Below, piece after piece: positions 24,897 through 36,993 of a stretch of DNA of 64,000 nucleotides (positions are counted from its first letter, which is position 1; each line of letters starts with the position of its first letter). The notes beneath the pieces were generated by a model. It did not search any database, was not told the DNA's origin, and saw only the letters and a list, made by a program, of their open reading frames with translations. The position numbers and the translations under genes were made by a program. The DNA comes from Octopus sinensis (lineage: Eukaryota). The stretch lies in assembly GCF_006345805.1 (NCBI RefSeq), contig NC_042997.1:143964001-144028000 (forward strand), in the 5' to 3' direction.

Positions 24897-27146
24897 CTCT
24901 CTATCACACACACACTCACATTCGAACACTTACTTTTTCTCACACACACATGTTTTCTTTTCGTTTATAATTTTGTCACAACTGTACATTGGTTGTACAC
25001 ACTTATATTACATTCAAAGCAGTTTCGTGCGTCTCTAGATAATCAATTTCAGCTTGACAATACTTTGCTCAGACCAGCAAATGTACAATTTGGTGTTTTA
25101 TATGTAAAAACAAACTGTTTTTATAGGAATATGAACGACAGATTTGATGTCAATATCTGGCGAAGGGTAATGATACATAAACTCGTGCTTCCTACGGTCA
25201 ATGATGCCATTCATAGCCCAATGACAGGTTTTCACTCTTTTTGTCTATGAAGGGAACTTTCTCATGAGGATATTTCTGCATCGACAGGTCTTCCCGCGTC
25301 CGAGTATACACGAACTAGTTACATAAAATTATACACGTTCATATATATAATTTAGTGTAGAAATGCACTTACAGTTGAATACTAATATGAGTCTACAGAT
25401 ATTTATATATGAAGGACAATATTAGTCTACAAGCATGCATTTGCTTTTGAAGTAATTGCATTGCTTTTTGACTCGCCCACAGAAAAAGACCGCTTTTTCT
25501 GTGATCTTAAATGAAGGCATTGACCTTTTAGCGTATTGCTGGCTGCTGGTCACTGATTGATTAGATCCAATTCGTATGTTTTCTTTATATACCGGTATTC
25601 TGCATTTCAGTTGCAATTCATCCCAATTCTCGATTTCAATTTTCATTTATTTGTGCTAGTTTCGGAGATGTCATTTGCTATGTTTACAAGCTATATTTGG
25701 ACTATATAACCCATGTGGTAAGAATAAAAAGACGCCATAGATAATGATTTAGGAGAATAAATGAATAAATATAATCGAATACATATGCATGCACACAGAT
25801 ACAAACACAGACACACACACACACACACACACACACACAAGCAACACACATACACATATTTATAAGCACATACAGTTTTATATAGCCATATGGATTTATA
25901 TCCGTATATATGACTTAAGGAGTGGGGAAAGAATATATGCACTTATTACGTATTGTAATACGAAAATCTGTAGATAAACTATTTACTCCGAATTCATCGA
26001 AAGAAGTACTGAATTTATCAGGTGCATGTGGGTAAAATGTGGCTTACTTTCGGTATACTTGTTCCAATGCTCGCTGATTCTTTCACTTATACACAGAGTT
26101 GTCTCTGCCATATAAGTTTCAGAGAGTTTTGCGTATAATCCTTATTGGTATCGTGTGCGGCATAGTATATACTTTACTTTGCAGTTGATATATGAATTTG
26201 TGTCACTTATCTCATAATGATTCTTACCAATAGTACGACAACCATTCCCTTGATCTGATATACCTGTTTTTGCTTTTCTACGTCCTCAATATTGAGATTA
26301 AATTTTCAAAACATTTTCGTAAGCTAATTTACCGTTGGGCGCACTATCAGCAAACATTATGGTATAAAACTTACTGTTAACAGACTCGTCTACCTATTTT
26401 CTCATCGATATTTTCTCATCTTTTTTTAATATTTATTGTGATACAGAGGGCATATTTCATCTGCGTAGGTTTTTTTTAGAATATTTTATCTCTTTTATAC
26501 TATCTCAGCAAATCCTTTTGTGTAAAGATAAATACATTCAAAGGATAAAGTACTGAATGTGTTTTCGCCATTCATGAGTTTAGCACATTTGACATATTCA
26601 ACGTTATTCTTACGAAGAATGTATCACACACACACGCGCGCGCGCATATAATAAAAACATACATACATACATACTCGTGCGCGCGCACATGCATATTTAA
26701 AGCATAAGTAGTAATGAATACATGGCAGCATCCATAAAGACTTGCGACGTAGTAAACAAGTGGACAAGCTTATAGACAGACTACCAAATACAACGACATA
26801 ATTAAAATCGAAGATGTACGGTGGCTGTCAACAGAAAGATCAAAAGAATACTCCTACCTCACATATTTCCCATCTCATCAGTCGCCATAGAAACCACTTC
26901 CAGCTGTTTTAATGGTCGAGAAGTATTGATTATTTTCTGAAGAATAACTTTGACAGCAATGCTGTAAAGTGTAATATTTGTCAATGGTTTATGATCTTCA
27001 GGAAAATTACAAGACTTAATAGAACGACGAAAATATTGGTATTCACGTAATGTTGTCCGTAACATCGGTTTTTTTTTCTTTTTTTCTTTTTACTGCCTCC
27101 AAGGTACGATATTGTCTGGCGTTTGCTTTTCATATCATTCTGGATG

Positions 27147-27147
27147 C

Positions 27148-27213
<66 letters not shown>

Positions 27214-27242
27214 TAATGATGATGACGATGATGATGAGGATA

Positions 27243-27294
<52 letters not shown>

Positions 27295-27388
27295 TAATAA
27301 TAATAATAATAACCATGAGATGACGATGATGATAAAGTTGATGATGATGATGATAATGACGACGACGACGACGATGATGACGACGACA

Positions 27389-27426
<38 letters not shown>

Positions 27427-27435
27427 AATGATGAT
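27147..27435. repeat. Compound trinucleotide array (TAA)n-(TGA)n-(CGA)n
   Basis: Direct inspection. Explains the poly-His/Ile/Asn ORFs. Confidence 0.97.
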
Positions 27436-27933
27436 GATTTATTTTATTTGTTATAAACACGTCTCATGAAGGAGATATTACAAGAACAGGTTACAATTTG
27501 TGTGTATGTGTGTGTGTACGGGGTTGTTAATTACAAAGCACGAGGGAATAGGATCAGATAAGGAATAACGGAATTAAATACTATATACGTAGTATACAGA
27601 ATATGTGAACACGTGGATGATGCAGTCGTCCTAATACAGGAGAGCGTCTAAAAAGGGCCAATCAAAGAACTCTGGAGATCCAGAATTGCTTTCACCACCA
27701 ACGGTACCAATCCTCGCCCACCTGTCGTTCCCCGATCTAAATGCACATGTTTAGTGTAGTTTCATTCATCATAAGCATTTTTGCGCGAGTCACTAACCTT
27801 TTGACACATTCACTGGAAGAGAGCATTTCCCTTACTACAATCACTTTCTTTTTCAAGTGGAACTTGAAAAGAGGCTTGACTAAAAAGGAACGTATCTGTT
27901 CTAAACCCTTTCAGCCTCATCCTACACGCAACC

Positions 27934-28182
27934 TATTACTTTATTACCCACAAGGGGCTAAACATAGAGGGGACAAACAAGGACAGACATAGGTATTAAG
28001 TTGATTACATCGACCACAGTGCGTAACTGGTACTTATTTAATCGACCCCGAAAGGATCAAAGGCAAAGTCGACCTCGGCGGAATTTGAACTCAGAACCTA
28101 ACGGCAGACGAAATACCGCTAAGCATTTCGCCCGGCGTGCGAACGTTTCTGCCAGCTCGCCGCCTAACGTTTCTGCCAGTTC
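27934..28182 (-). mobile_element. Family-A SINE, young, with a 20-bp target-site duplication
   Basis: gcctcatcctacacgcaacc occurs at 27914-27933 and 28183-28202, flanking the element. Confidence 0.93.
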
Positions 28183-28374
28183 GCCTCATCCTACACGCAA
28201 CCGCTTTCGCTCATAGTCATCAGGTAGAGGAACACTGGGTGTGCTACATGGTTAAAGGAGGCGATTGAGTGATCCTGACGATAAACAGATTGGAGTTACA
28301 CGTGAGTAGATGAAGAAATATTCATAAAATTGTTCTTCGTCTTCACAGAAAAGAAAAGTTAATAAAAAGGCGAC

Positions 28375-28545
28375 TTAACCAAATTTTGGCACAAGTCCAG
28401 CAAGTTCGCGGCGAGGGAGTAAGTCTATTACATCGATCCCAGTTCTCGTCAGATACCTATTTCATCGACCCCGAAAGGATGAAAAGCAAGGTCAAACTCG
28501 GTGGAAAATGAACTCAGAACGGAAAGAACCGGACAAAATGTCGCC
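28375..28545 (-). mobile_element. Family-A SINE variant
   Basis: atcgaccccgaaaggatgaaaagcaaggtc...gaactcagaacg, with an alternative 3' part. Confidence 0.75.
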
Positions 28546-29611
28546 AATTATTTAACATTTTATTCTCTGGAAAATCTAGCAGACACCGTCATTACTTTTA
28601 TTTCAGTTGCGAGTTTATTAATTTGCTTTTTATTCTAAGTATATTCTCAGCTAACAATTACTATTTTATTTTTTCAAATTTTGTTTAGAATTAAGCGAGT
28701 CACTCGAAACTTGGCTACTGTGTTGTTAAAAATACAAAATGGTAGATATAATTACTGTTTTACCAAAATATACTCCGTTACAGCAACTATTTCACATTGT
28801 TCTATATTTGACATCGTTTCAACATTGTTGATGTTGATAGCGATCATAGGTCGATATTGTAGATGTTTTTTACTTACTACTCTGATAAGTTTGAATATTC
28901 TAACAATAAATATAGCGAAATATTGATCGCTAATCAATTATATAAAGTGTCAAAAAATGGTTTCCTCTCTCGGTTATCATGCAGTGACCTATATACAAAG
29001 AATATGAGGTGCGACAAACAAAACAAAACCCACGTAAATTCTGCTTCCATTTTATCATTGTGTCAACGAGGTATGAGAAAGATATATAAATCACACAATA
29101 GATTGTGTTCTGAAATGAACTGTATTCTTCTGTTCTGTATTTTATTCTCTTATTCTTTTGATCTTTTAATGGTTTCAGGTATTTGATGGGCATATGGACG
29201 GCAATACTTATTTCAGTTTCACACTCATCTCTATTGCTCTTTATTTGTCGAATGGCAAAGTTACCTTCTGAGGAAGAAGACGCAACTCGGCAAATCGTTT
29301 TACACTGGTATACATAAACACCCCCCACACACACACACTCACACACACATACTCTAAATAATAAAACAGCAAAAATATTCATGAACACATCTTATTAAAT
29401 ATGAGTAAAAGATTGTTTCAGAATTTCTTTATTTTATTATTTGAATTATAATTTACTCTTCGTCAAACCCACAGAACGGTGTCACCGCCGTGAAACCAGG
29501 ATTTTCTACATTTCCCGAATTTCAACATTGGTCTGGAATCCGACTGTGTTGATAACCCAGAACTCGGGTTGAGCATTTTTCTGGAAATACCCTACGTTAC
29601 CAGAGCCTTAG

Positions 29612-29644
<33 letters not shown>

Positions 29645-29658
29645 TGTATGTATGTATG

Positions 29659-29690
<32 letters not shown>

Positions 29691-29752
29691 TGTATGTATG
29701 TATGTATGTATGTATGTATGTATGTATGTATGTATGTATGTATGTATGTATA
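29612..29752. repeat. (TATG)n microsatellite
   Basis: Direct inspection. Confidence 0.97.
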
Positions 29753-30049
29753 GATCGTAATGTAAGAGTTGTAAAATATATTTAAAATATCCGTTATATG
29801 CAACTGAACGAGTATGAGATTAAAATAGCCATTTATATGTCATATTCAATGCAAATACACCAAGATGTATTTACATCATGTATGATGCAAAATTACTATT
29901 AACATTATATTTTATGTAGTTCAGATATTATCTCTTAGAACTGAATGCGCAGAAGAGAATGGATAGATATGCCTATTATATCAAAAGTTCACTGTCTGCT
30001 CTGAGTTTCGATCTAGGTAGGGCTTTTCATGACTTTGTCTGATTAGATA

Positions 30050-30234
30050 GTCAACAACATAAACAAACAAGCATACGTACATACATACATACATACATAC
30101 ATACATACATACACACACAGCCACTCCCACCCGTCCACACAAATTTCACTACAGGTGCTGACTTGTGATTGATCTCTCACAGCGACATATACCACAACAT
30201 TAACATACACGGACACAGATATTACCACACACAT

Positions 30235-30278
<44 letters not shown>

Positions 30279-30580
30279 GGCACACAAATACACACACAGT
30301 TGTTACTAATATACACAAACATGCTACCACATACACAGAAACACACATACGCACACATACCATCTTCACACTCACCTGTCCCAGAAACTACTTTCTCTTT
30401 CTCCTTCCACTTCCGGTCACTTCAGAACTTTCCTTTTTCCGACGAAAAGCTATGCTCGAAACGTTAACAACCTTCTCCTTTCAACGAGCAGGAAATTAAT
30501 ATATTGCTTGTGCACGTCTTAACGTTCGTCTTTTTTCTTTTCTTTCTTGCATTTCTTCTTTTTAATTTGTTTGTTCTTTG
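30050..30580 (+). mobile_element. Penelope-like 3'-end fragment with a hammerhead-like motif
   Basis: CA-rich tract, then cttccggtcacttcag, then ccgacgaaaagctatgctcgaaacg, a T-rich end and (CA)/(TA) arrays. Confidence 0.55.
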
Positions 30581-30629
30581 AAATAACTACACACACACAC
30601 ACACACACACACACCACACACACACACAC

Positions 30630-30667
<38 letters not shown>

Positions 30668-30828
30668 ATATTAATTAGAGACAAAACAACTATTTTGTAA
30701 ATCAAACAAGGAAAGACTTAATCAATACATAAACAAATTTAATATAAAGTAAATAAATCGCCACTACAATTGTTTCCTGTCTTATACACACATATATACA
30801 TTTATATTTATATATATATGTATATATA

Positions 30829-30929
<101 letters not shown>

Positions 30930-31149
30930 TATATATATATATATACATATTCTGTTACATTAAATAGCATAACAAAGGAACAGACGGACATAATGCTTCC
31001 ACACTTGTGCGAGTGTGTGTGAGGGGGTATGGCGCAAAAATAAAAAAAAAACAAGACGAAATAACTCCCCCACAGTTTATATGTATCTATGTATGCATAT
31101 CATTATTCAATTTATTTCAAGATTTCTTGCCAATAGAGAAAGAACCGTG

Positions 31150-31660
31150 TTGGCAGGATTACTCCTGAAATGAAGGAGGAATGGGCACCGGCGGCTGTCC
31201 TATCCAGTACCAAGTAAGATCCCAGCATCGTTCAAGCAACAAGAGCTCAGAAGCTAAACTGCTGGGACTATGGGCTTGAGCTAATCGTCCAGATAAGCGA
31301 AATACCAGAAATAATCGAACTTCCAGACAGTGGACGGGAGGTCCCTCACTTGCTATGGATGTGGCCAGAAGAGACACATAAAAAAGAAGTGCCCCCAAAG
31401 TACAATTGAACCAGGAAATTAGGAAGAAGTCCCGACGGAGCACGAGGGTGCAGCAGAAACAATAGAAGAGAAAAGCGGATTAGATCCAACAGATACCGAG
31501 GGAGAGTACTGAGACAACAGCCCGAATCATAGAAGAAAACACGGAAGACACGGATGAAGAGGGATTCATTGAAGTTCCAAAAAGAAAGAGAGACGTGGCA
31601 GCAGGGTTTCCCTCCCCACAACATCTACTAAAATGAAAAAGAAAGACTGAATACTACATA
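31150..31660 (+). pseudogene. L1/Tx1-like ORF1 C-terminal fragment with zinc knuckle
   Basis: GRSLTCYGCGQKRHIKKKCP (CX2CX4HX4C) and EEGFIEVPKRKR. Homologous to 36330-36993; stops and frameshifts present. Confidence 0.7.
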
Positions 31661-32134
31661 CAAACTTTTAACAGACTTGACATATTCATACGGCATACAC
31701 CACAAGTAGAAACACCAAATAATAGTGATACTACCCTTGTTAGCTCCAGCATCCCATGTAGTAATACAGACCTAAATGCAGACAGACAAAACACACAGAC
31801 CCACAAAATCCCCCAAAACACAAGGCTCACATTCGCTTTTGGCGTATTATGCCATACGCCAAAAGCGGCAATCTAACGCATGGTTACCAAGATTAAGTCG
31901 GTAATCAGAGTGAGATTGCTGGCTGAGGCGAAACCGGAATGCACCAAGTGTATATAAATCGACAGAGAAAAATACATAAAATTAAAAGATCATTTCGTTC
32001 ACTCATTGACCCGTCAGATGAAGAGGTAGAATACGATACCCTACCTCCGGTCATGGATTACAAAAACATAATACAGTACCTGAACTAAGTAAATACAGTA
32101 AGTAAAATTTTAATTGATGAAAACTTGATAAAGA

Positions 32135-32420
32135 ACTGAAAGGGTGGTAATACCTGAAGCACTGCAAAACAGAAAATTGAAGGATTTCTATGCAGGACAT
32201 CCGGGGATTGCCCGGATGAAAAGCCTCATGTGGAGTTACGTGTATTGGCCGAATATGAACAAACAAATTGGGAGACTGGTAAAACAATGTAGGCGATGCG
32301 ATATGGCAGCAAAGGCGCCCCCAGTGCAGATACAGCCATGGCCAAAAACGGATTCAGCATAGTCTAGACTGCCTGTAGATTTCGCAGGACCAATAAATGG
32401 CTCTTACTATATCATCGAGT
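32135..32420 (+). pseudogene. Ty3/gypsy integrase fragment (H2C2 zinc-binding domain and start of catalytic core)
   Basis: VVIPEALQ...GHPGIARMKSL...YVYWPNMNKQI...VKQCRRC...IQPWP...*SRLPVDFAGPING. Confidence 0.9.
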
Positions 32421-32734
32421 GGCCATTTCCCCTTCAGTTTTTATATAATTTCACCTTTCATCCTTTTTATGTTTTTGTCCCCACTGGTATTGTTTTGTCT
32501 GTCCTTTTGTCGTCCTCTCTGTATTTTGGGCCTTTGTGCCTAATAAAGAATTAGTAATGTAAAGCCGAGAGGTGCGTATTGTCGAGGGTTATTACCAGTA
32601 TCTTGAGTAGAATGATTTGCAAGGACATTATTATTATACCGTTATATCGTACGTCGAATGCGCGATACAACACTTATACGCACGCGCGCACACACACGCA
32701 CGCACACACTCACACACATTAATAGTAATAGTAT

Positions 32735-32920
32735 TACAACAAAAGAATGAATGAGACCTCGATATTACATAAATAGAGGGATTTATCTGTAAAATGATAT
32801 GTGACAATTATTCGGTTGCCATAATAAAACACCGAGTTTCGGATGCTGGAGCGGAAAACTGATCCGGCATCTCATCAGTTATTAAGACAAAGCAAAAATG
32901 CTATGAAAATGAGTTTTAGT
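32735..32920 (-). mobile_element. Probable Penelope-like terminal-repeat fragment carrying a hammerhead-like core
   Basis: Minus strand CTGATGA-GATGC...GCATC-C-GAAAC-TCGG...CCGAATA. The PLE assignment rests on this motif. Confidence 0.5.
32805..32885 (-). ncRNA. Candidate hammerhead ribozyme (type I topology)
   Basis: Intact CUGAUGA and GAAA boxes, a 5-bp stem II (extendable), and a 6-bp stem III with one C-A mismatch ending at AUA. Stem I is not convincing. Confidence 0.4.
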
Positions 32921-34072
32921 CTTCCAGCCTCCCCCTCACAAGCTATCGGTCGACTCGATGCTACAGTGACGGATCACACTCGCTTCAAGCGCTATGTAGT
33001 GTGATTGAACTTGGAAGTAAATGGCAGGAAGCAGCCTTCATTACCACAATATGCTTCCGCCAATATTTATTACCATTTCTTTGTTGTGCTGGTGCTTATT
33101 TATTTATGTATATATATTTCTTCCCTGTTGCCTACTTTTGTGATATGGAATCAGAGAAAGACGTTTGCTTAAGGCTGTTAGTTGAAATTTCACATTTGCA
33201 ATGTTGTCTTTCAACAAGTGATTAAAATATAACCAAATTCTGTTTTCAAGTATTAACTACATTATTTGTAGGAATTTAACTCAAACAGAAACAGAACATA
33301 AAACGTAGTCTTATAAACAATTGATAACCACAGAACCAATATTAAAACCAATACGAAAACGGCGAAGTGACGTGCTCTGGCTGTTCCGACGGCCGTTGCA
33401 GACATTTCTCGTCTGTGAATGATATCAATACAAGTGCTTTTATGCACCAAAAGTTGGAGATACATAATCTTATATATAATGAATCTAATACATTTATATC
33501 TGAGCTGTAACCAAGACTCTAAACAACTATCTCGGTGAATCTAAAATGATAGTAAAAATGTATAAAATACAAGTCTTAATATCTATTAATATGCGTGTTG
33601 CTTTTATTACGTTTTGAACACAATTTTTGTTCAAACACCACAGCTTACTCCTGACGACTTTCTTTCACAACGGTCACTTCCCACGGTCTTCGCTTTACTC
33701 TTAGATTTGCTTCCTGTTATTTCCGCCCAACAGTCTGCTAGTTAAGATTTTAAAGAAGTTAAGGAAATATACTTCAGATAAACCAAGGACAAAAAATAAA
33801 ATTTTCATATTTCACCGTTCTATGAATGTCGACTTTTATTTAAAACGTTTAAAAAAGTTAAAATGAATCTAAATGTTTTAGTTACTTCAGTATGTATTTC
33901 GTTTTACTTTCATACCTCATTATTTCATAAGATTCGAGGTTTCAAAGTATTCCTAGGCATACAAAACAGATAGTGTAAATGTGCATATCTGTTCCTATAT
34001 GCATTCATATGTATGTATATATATGCATATGTATGTATGCATATATATATATTATATATATATATATATAAT

Positions 34073-34140
<68 letters not shown>

Positions 34141-34189
34141 CATATATATGCATATTTATGTATGTACCTTTATATATATATAGCTGAAA

Positions 34190-34380
34190 TTCATAGAAAA
34201 GCAAAAGACGAAGATAGGTGACTGAACAATAAGCAAGTGTATTAGTTTGACGCTCGGTAAAAATAAAGAAAATCTTTTACGTTTCGAGCCTAGGCTCTTC
34301 AACAGAAAGGAATGGGAGAAATGCTGAAAGTTTGAGAAGTGGTTCAGATATGCAAGTCCAAAGAATAGGAGGTTCAGTCA
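34190..34380 (-). mobile_element. Penelope-like 3'-end fragment abutting (TA)n
   Basis: Homologous to 7100-7250. Minus strand ctgttgaagagcctaggctcgaaacg...gagcgtcaaactaatacac. (TA)n lies at 34020-34180. Confidence 0.6.
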
Positions 34381-34384
34381 GGAT

Positions 34385-34426
<42 letters not shown>

Positions 34427-34544
34427 ATATTATATATATATATAAAACTTTCAACTAGATCCAGGAATCTGATACCATAGGTTTCATACTATATACGTAA
34501 ATATGTATGTGTGTGTGCGTGTGTATTAGCAAAAACCAACCGGG

Positions 34545-34720
34545 CGGAGACTTGCTATGAATAGCAAGTAAATCTCTCTCAAGTCACAAACTGCTGTTTT
34601 AGATATAGAAAATATACCTTGGATAATAAGGCCCTACATACACTTTGTCAAAATAAAAGGGTTGGTCATGGCTAGAACGTCTTTGATCATAGGTCTTCTG
34701 AAACGGCTCACATGGGTGTT
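34545..34720 (+). mobile_element. Interspersed repeat, family E (related copy at about 19120-19300)
   Basis: Both copies share aatagca..aaatc.....caa.tcac and ctggaacg/ctagaacg...gatcata. Confidence 0.45.
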
Positions 34721-35232
34721 AAACAACCACAAGAACAACACCTGTCACTATTTATACAGTCATTGATGAGAGAGGAAACTGGTAATTGAATATATATTCA
34801 AGATATCACACACGGTAAGAAGATTGTTAAAATGCAAATGTAAAAGAAAACGAAATTAAGCTTTCTTCGTGAAGCTCTGGCAAAATTGTTTTCAAGGCAG
34901 GCTGCATTTGGAAAATTAGGTTGCCTGAAATAAATAGCTTTCTCTTTACGGGAAATTTCAAACAGTTCTTAAAGAATGAAGATCAAAAAGACTCTTTACT
35001 ACAAACAATACATGTTTGTGAAGTGAAACCAAGCAATAAAAATAAGAATAAGAACAGTGTAATAATAATATATAGAACTGCTGGTAGAACTCTTCGCTGC
35101 TTCTCTCCTTTATTGACAACTAAATGCGTGTAACTAAATATATGTAGTGAGTAATATGACATTTTTACTGGAACCTTGGAACCTGCAAATCTAGCTTATT
35201 AAATGGTCTATAATATCAATGTACATACATAC

Positions 35233-35278
<46 letters not shown>

Positions 35279-35469
35279 GTTACTTCACTTTCTAATGTAT
35301 AACATTACGCATTACTTAATTTTGGATTTCATGTACTGAGGAAAGTGTGTTTTGAAGTGGAACTACCAAACCATTAAAAAAAAAGCCACATTATTCAACA
35401 TATTAATAGCGCGACAGATTTTAGTGGGAAGACAGTATGACTAATAAAGAGTGTAGGATATATAGAGAG

Positions 35470-35535
<66 letters not shown>

Positions 35536-35884
35536 TGCCAATAGATAAATAGATAGATAAAACAGACGATGAATATTCAAGTATAAATCTATAGATGTTT
35601 ATATACAAACAGAGCAAACTTACACAGGATTATATATTTAAAGAGATAAAAATTTGACCGTCATATTTCTATCTCTCCACCCTGAAGACGGAGGTCGGAT
35701 CTAGCTAATGTTTATTTGCCTCCATTACTGGTTGCATATTATTTACATATTATGGGGAACTGCAACTACCAACATTATAAAGTGACTCCATGCCCCACAA
35801 ACAGCTGTCCGACTTGTAACACCATAATTTCTTTCCTTTGAATTTCTATGTTTTTGTAGACTAAGTTTACTCAGTTGATATACT

Positions 35885-36295
35885 CTCTTTTACTCTTTTA
35901 CTTGTTTAAGTCATGTGACTGTGGCCATGCTGGAGCATTGCCTTTAGTCAAACAAATCGACCCCAAGACTTATTCTTTGTAAGCCTAGTACTTATTCTAT
36001 CGGTCTCTTTTGCCGAACCGCTAAGTTACGGGGACGTAAACAGACCAGCATCGGTTGTCAAGCGATGTTGGGGGGACAAACACAGACACAAAAACATACA
36101 CACACACACACAAATATATATATACATATATACGACGGGCTTCTTTCAGTTTCCGTCTACCAAATCCACTCACAAGGTTTGGTAGGCCCGAGGCTATAGT
36201 AGAAGATACTTGCCCAAGGTGCCACGCAGTGGGACTGAACCCAGGACCATGTGGTTCGTAAGCAAGCTACTTACCACACAGCTACTCCTACGCCT
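35885..36295 (-). mobile_element. Family-B SINE, full length
   Basis: Complete head, internal (CA)/(TA) microsatellite and 3' part. Confidence 0.93.
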
Positions 36296-36329
36296 ATATA
36301 TATATATGTATATATATATATTTCCTGCT

Positions 36330-36993
36330 GCATTTGTATATTCCTTCTGCAATCGTATAATTCCTTCTGCAATTGTACATTCTTCGTCTCTTTCCTTTTC
36401 CTCCTCTTGGCTTCTTTTCTGGCCTCTCGTCCATCCTTTCCGTAGTCTGCTTCTGCAGAGGGCGGTGTGCTCTAATGTGGCCTTTTGGGCCACATTTAAA
36501 ACAACGAGGAGTTCTGCCATCCACCCACACTTTCAATACTACATCTCCGATTGATACCGTTTCCACCAAAGTTTCTACTGTAGCCTGTATAATCAGATCC
36601 ATTGTTTGTCATTTCCAAATCGAGTTTTCTGTTTCTGTGACTTGGATGACGGCTATTTCTTCCTTACTTCCCAGAAGAATAGCCGCCACGACCCAAGCCA
36701 CATCTATTTCCAGTGGGATTCCCCCACTCCAATTCTGGTAGTCCTTCTTCCCAAATAAGTGGGTAGAAGGACCACTTTGATTTTACTGTGTTTATCGCGT
36801 GTTCCCTTGCTTTGTCTTCCGTCTTGAAATGGACTATAATAGTTCCGAATTTATTTCCTCTGACCAAATACGTTATGTCTTTCCAGACTGAGCACAATAC
36901 CTTTTCTATAATTCCAGCATCTACATGTTCTATTTTCTTTTCCTTCACTGAGTATACCTTGTATACTACAGTCTTTTTGTCCATTTCGTCCAT
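36330..36993 (-). pseudogene. L1/Tx1-like ORF1 (RRM-like region plus degenerate zinc knuckle)
   Basis: ORFs 36664..36993 and 36294..36602 joined by a frameshift: KFGTIIVHFKTEDKA..., DVVLKVWVDGRTPRCFKCGPKGHIRAHRP. The last Cys of the knuckle is lost. Confidence 0.75.

Noticed and set aside
25290-25320. LVRVYSDAGR similarity to an RNA polymerase second-subunit motif
   Set aside because: Ten residues only, with a stop shortly after and no further similarity; coincidence.
26981-27469. Poly-His/poly-Ile/poly-Asn ORFs resembling metal-binding or prion-like proteins
   Set aside because: Entirely explained by the compound (TAA)/(TGA)/(CGA) array; there is no flanking coding context.
29470-29600. 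Possible exon after a cccacAG acceptor
   Set aside because: Weak donor, stops in or just after all frames, and no identifiable protein.
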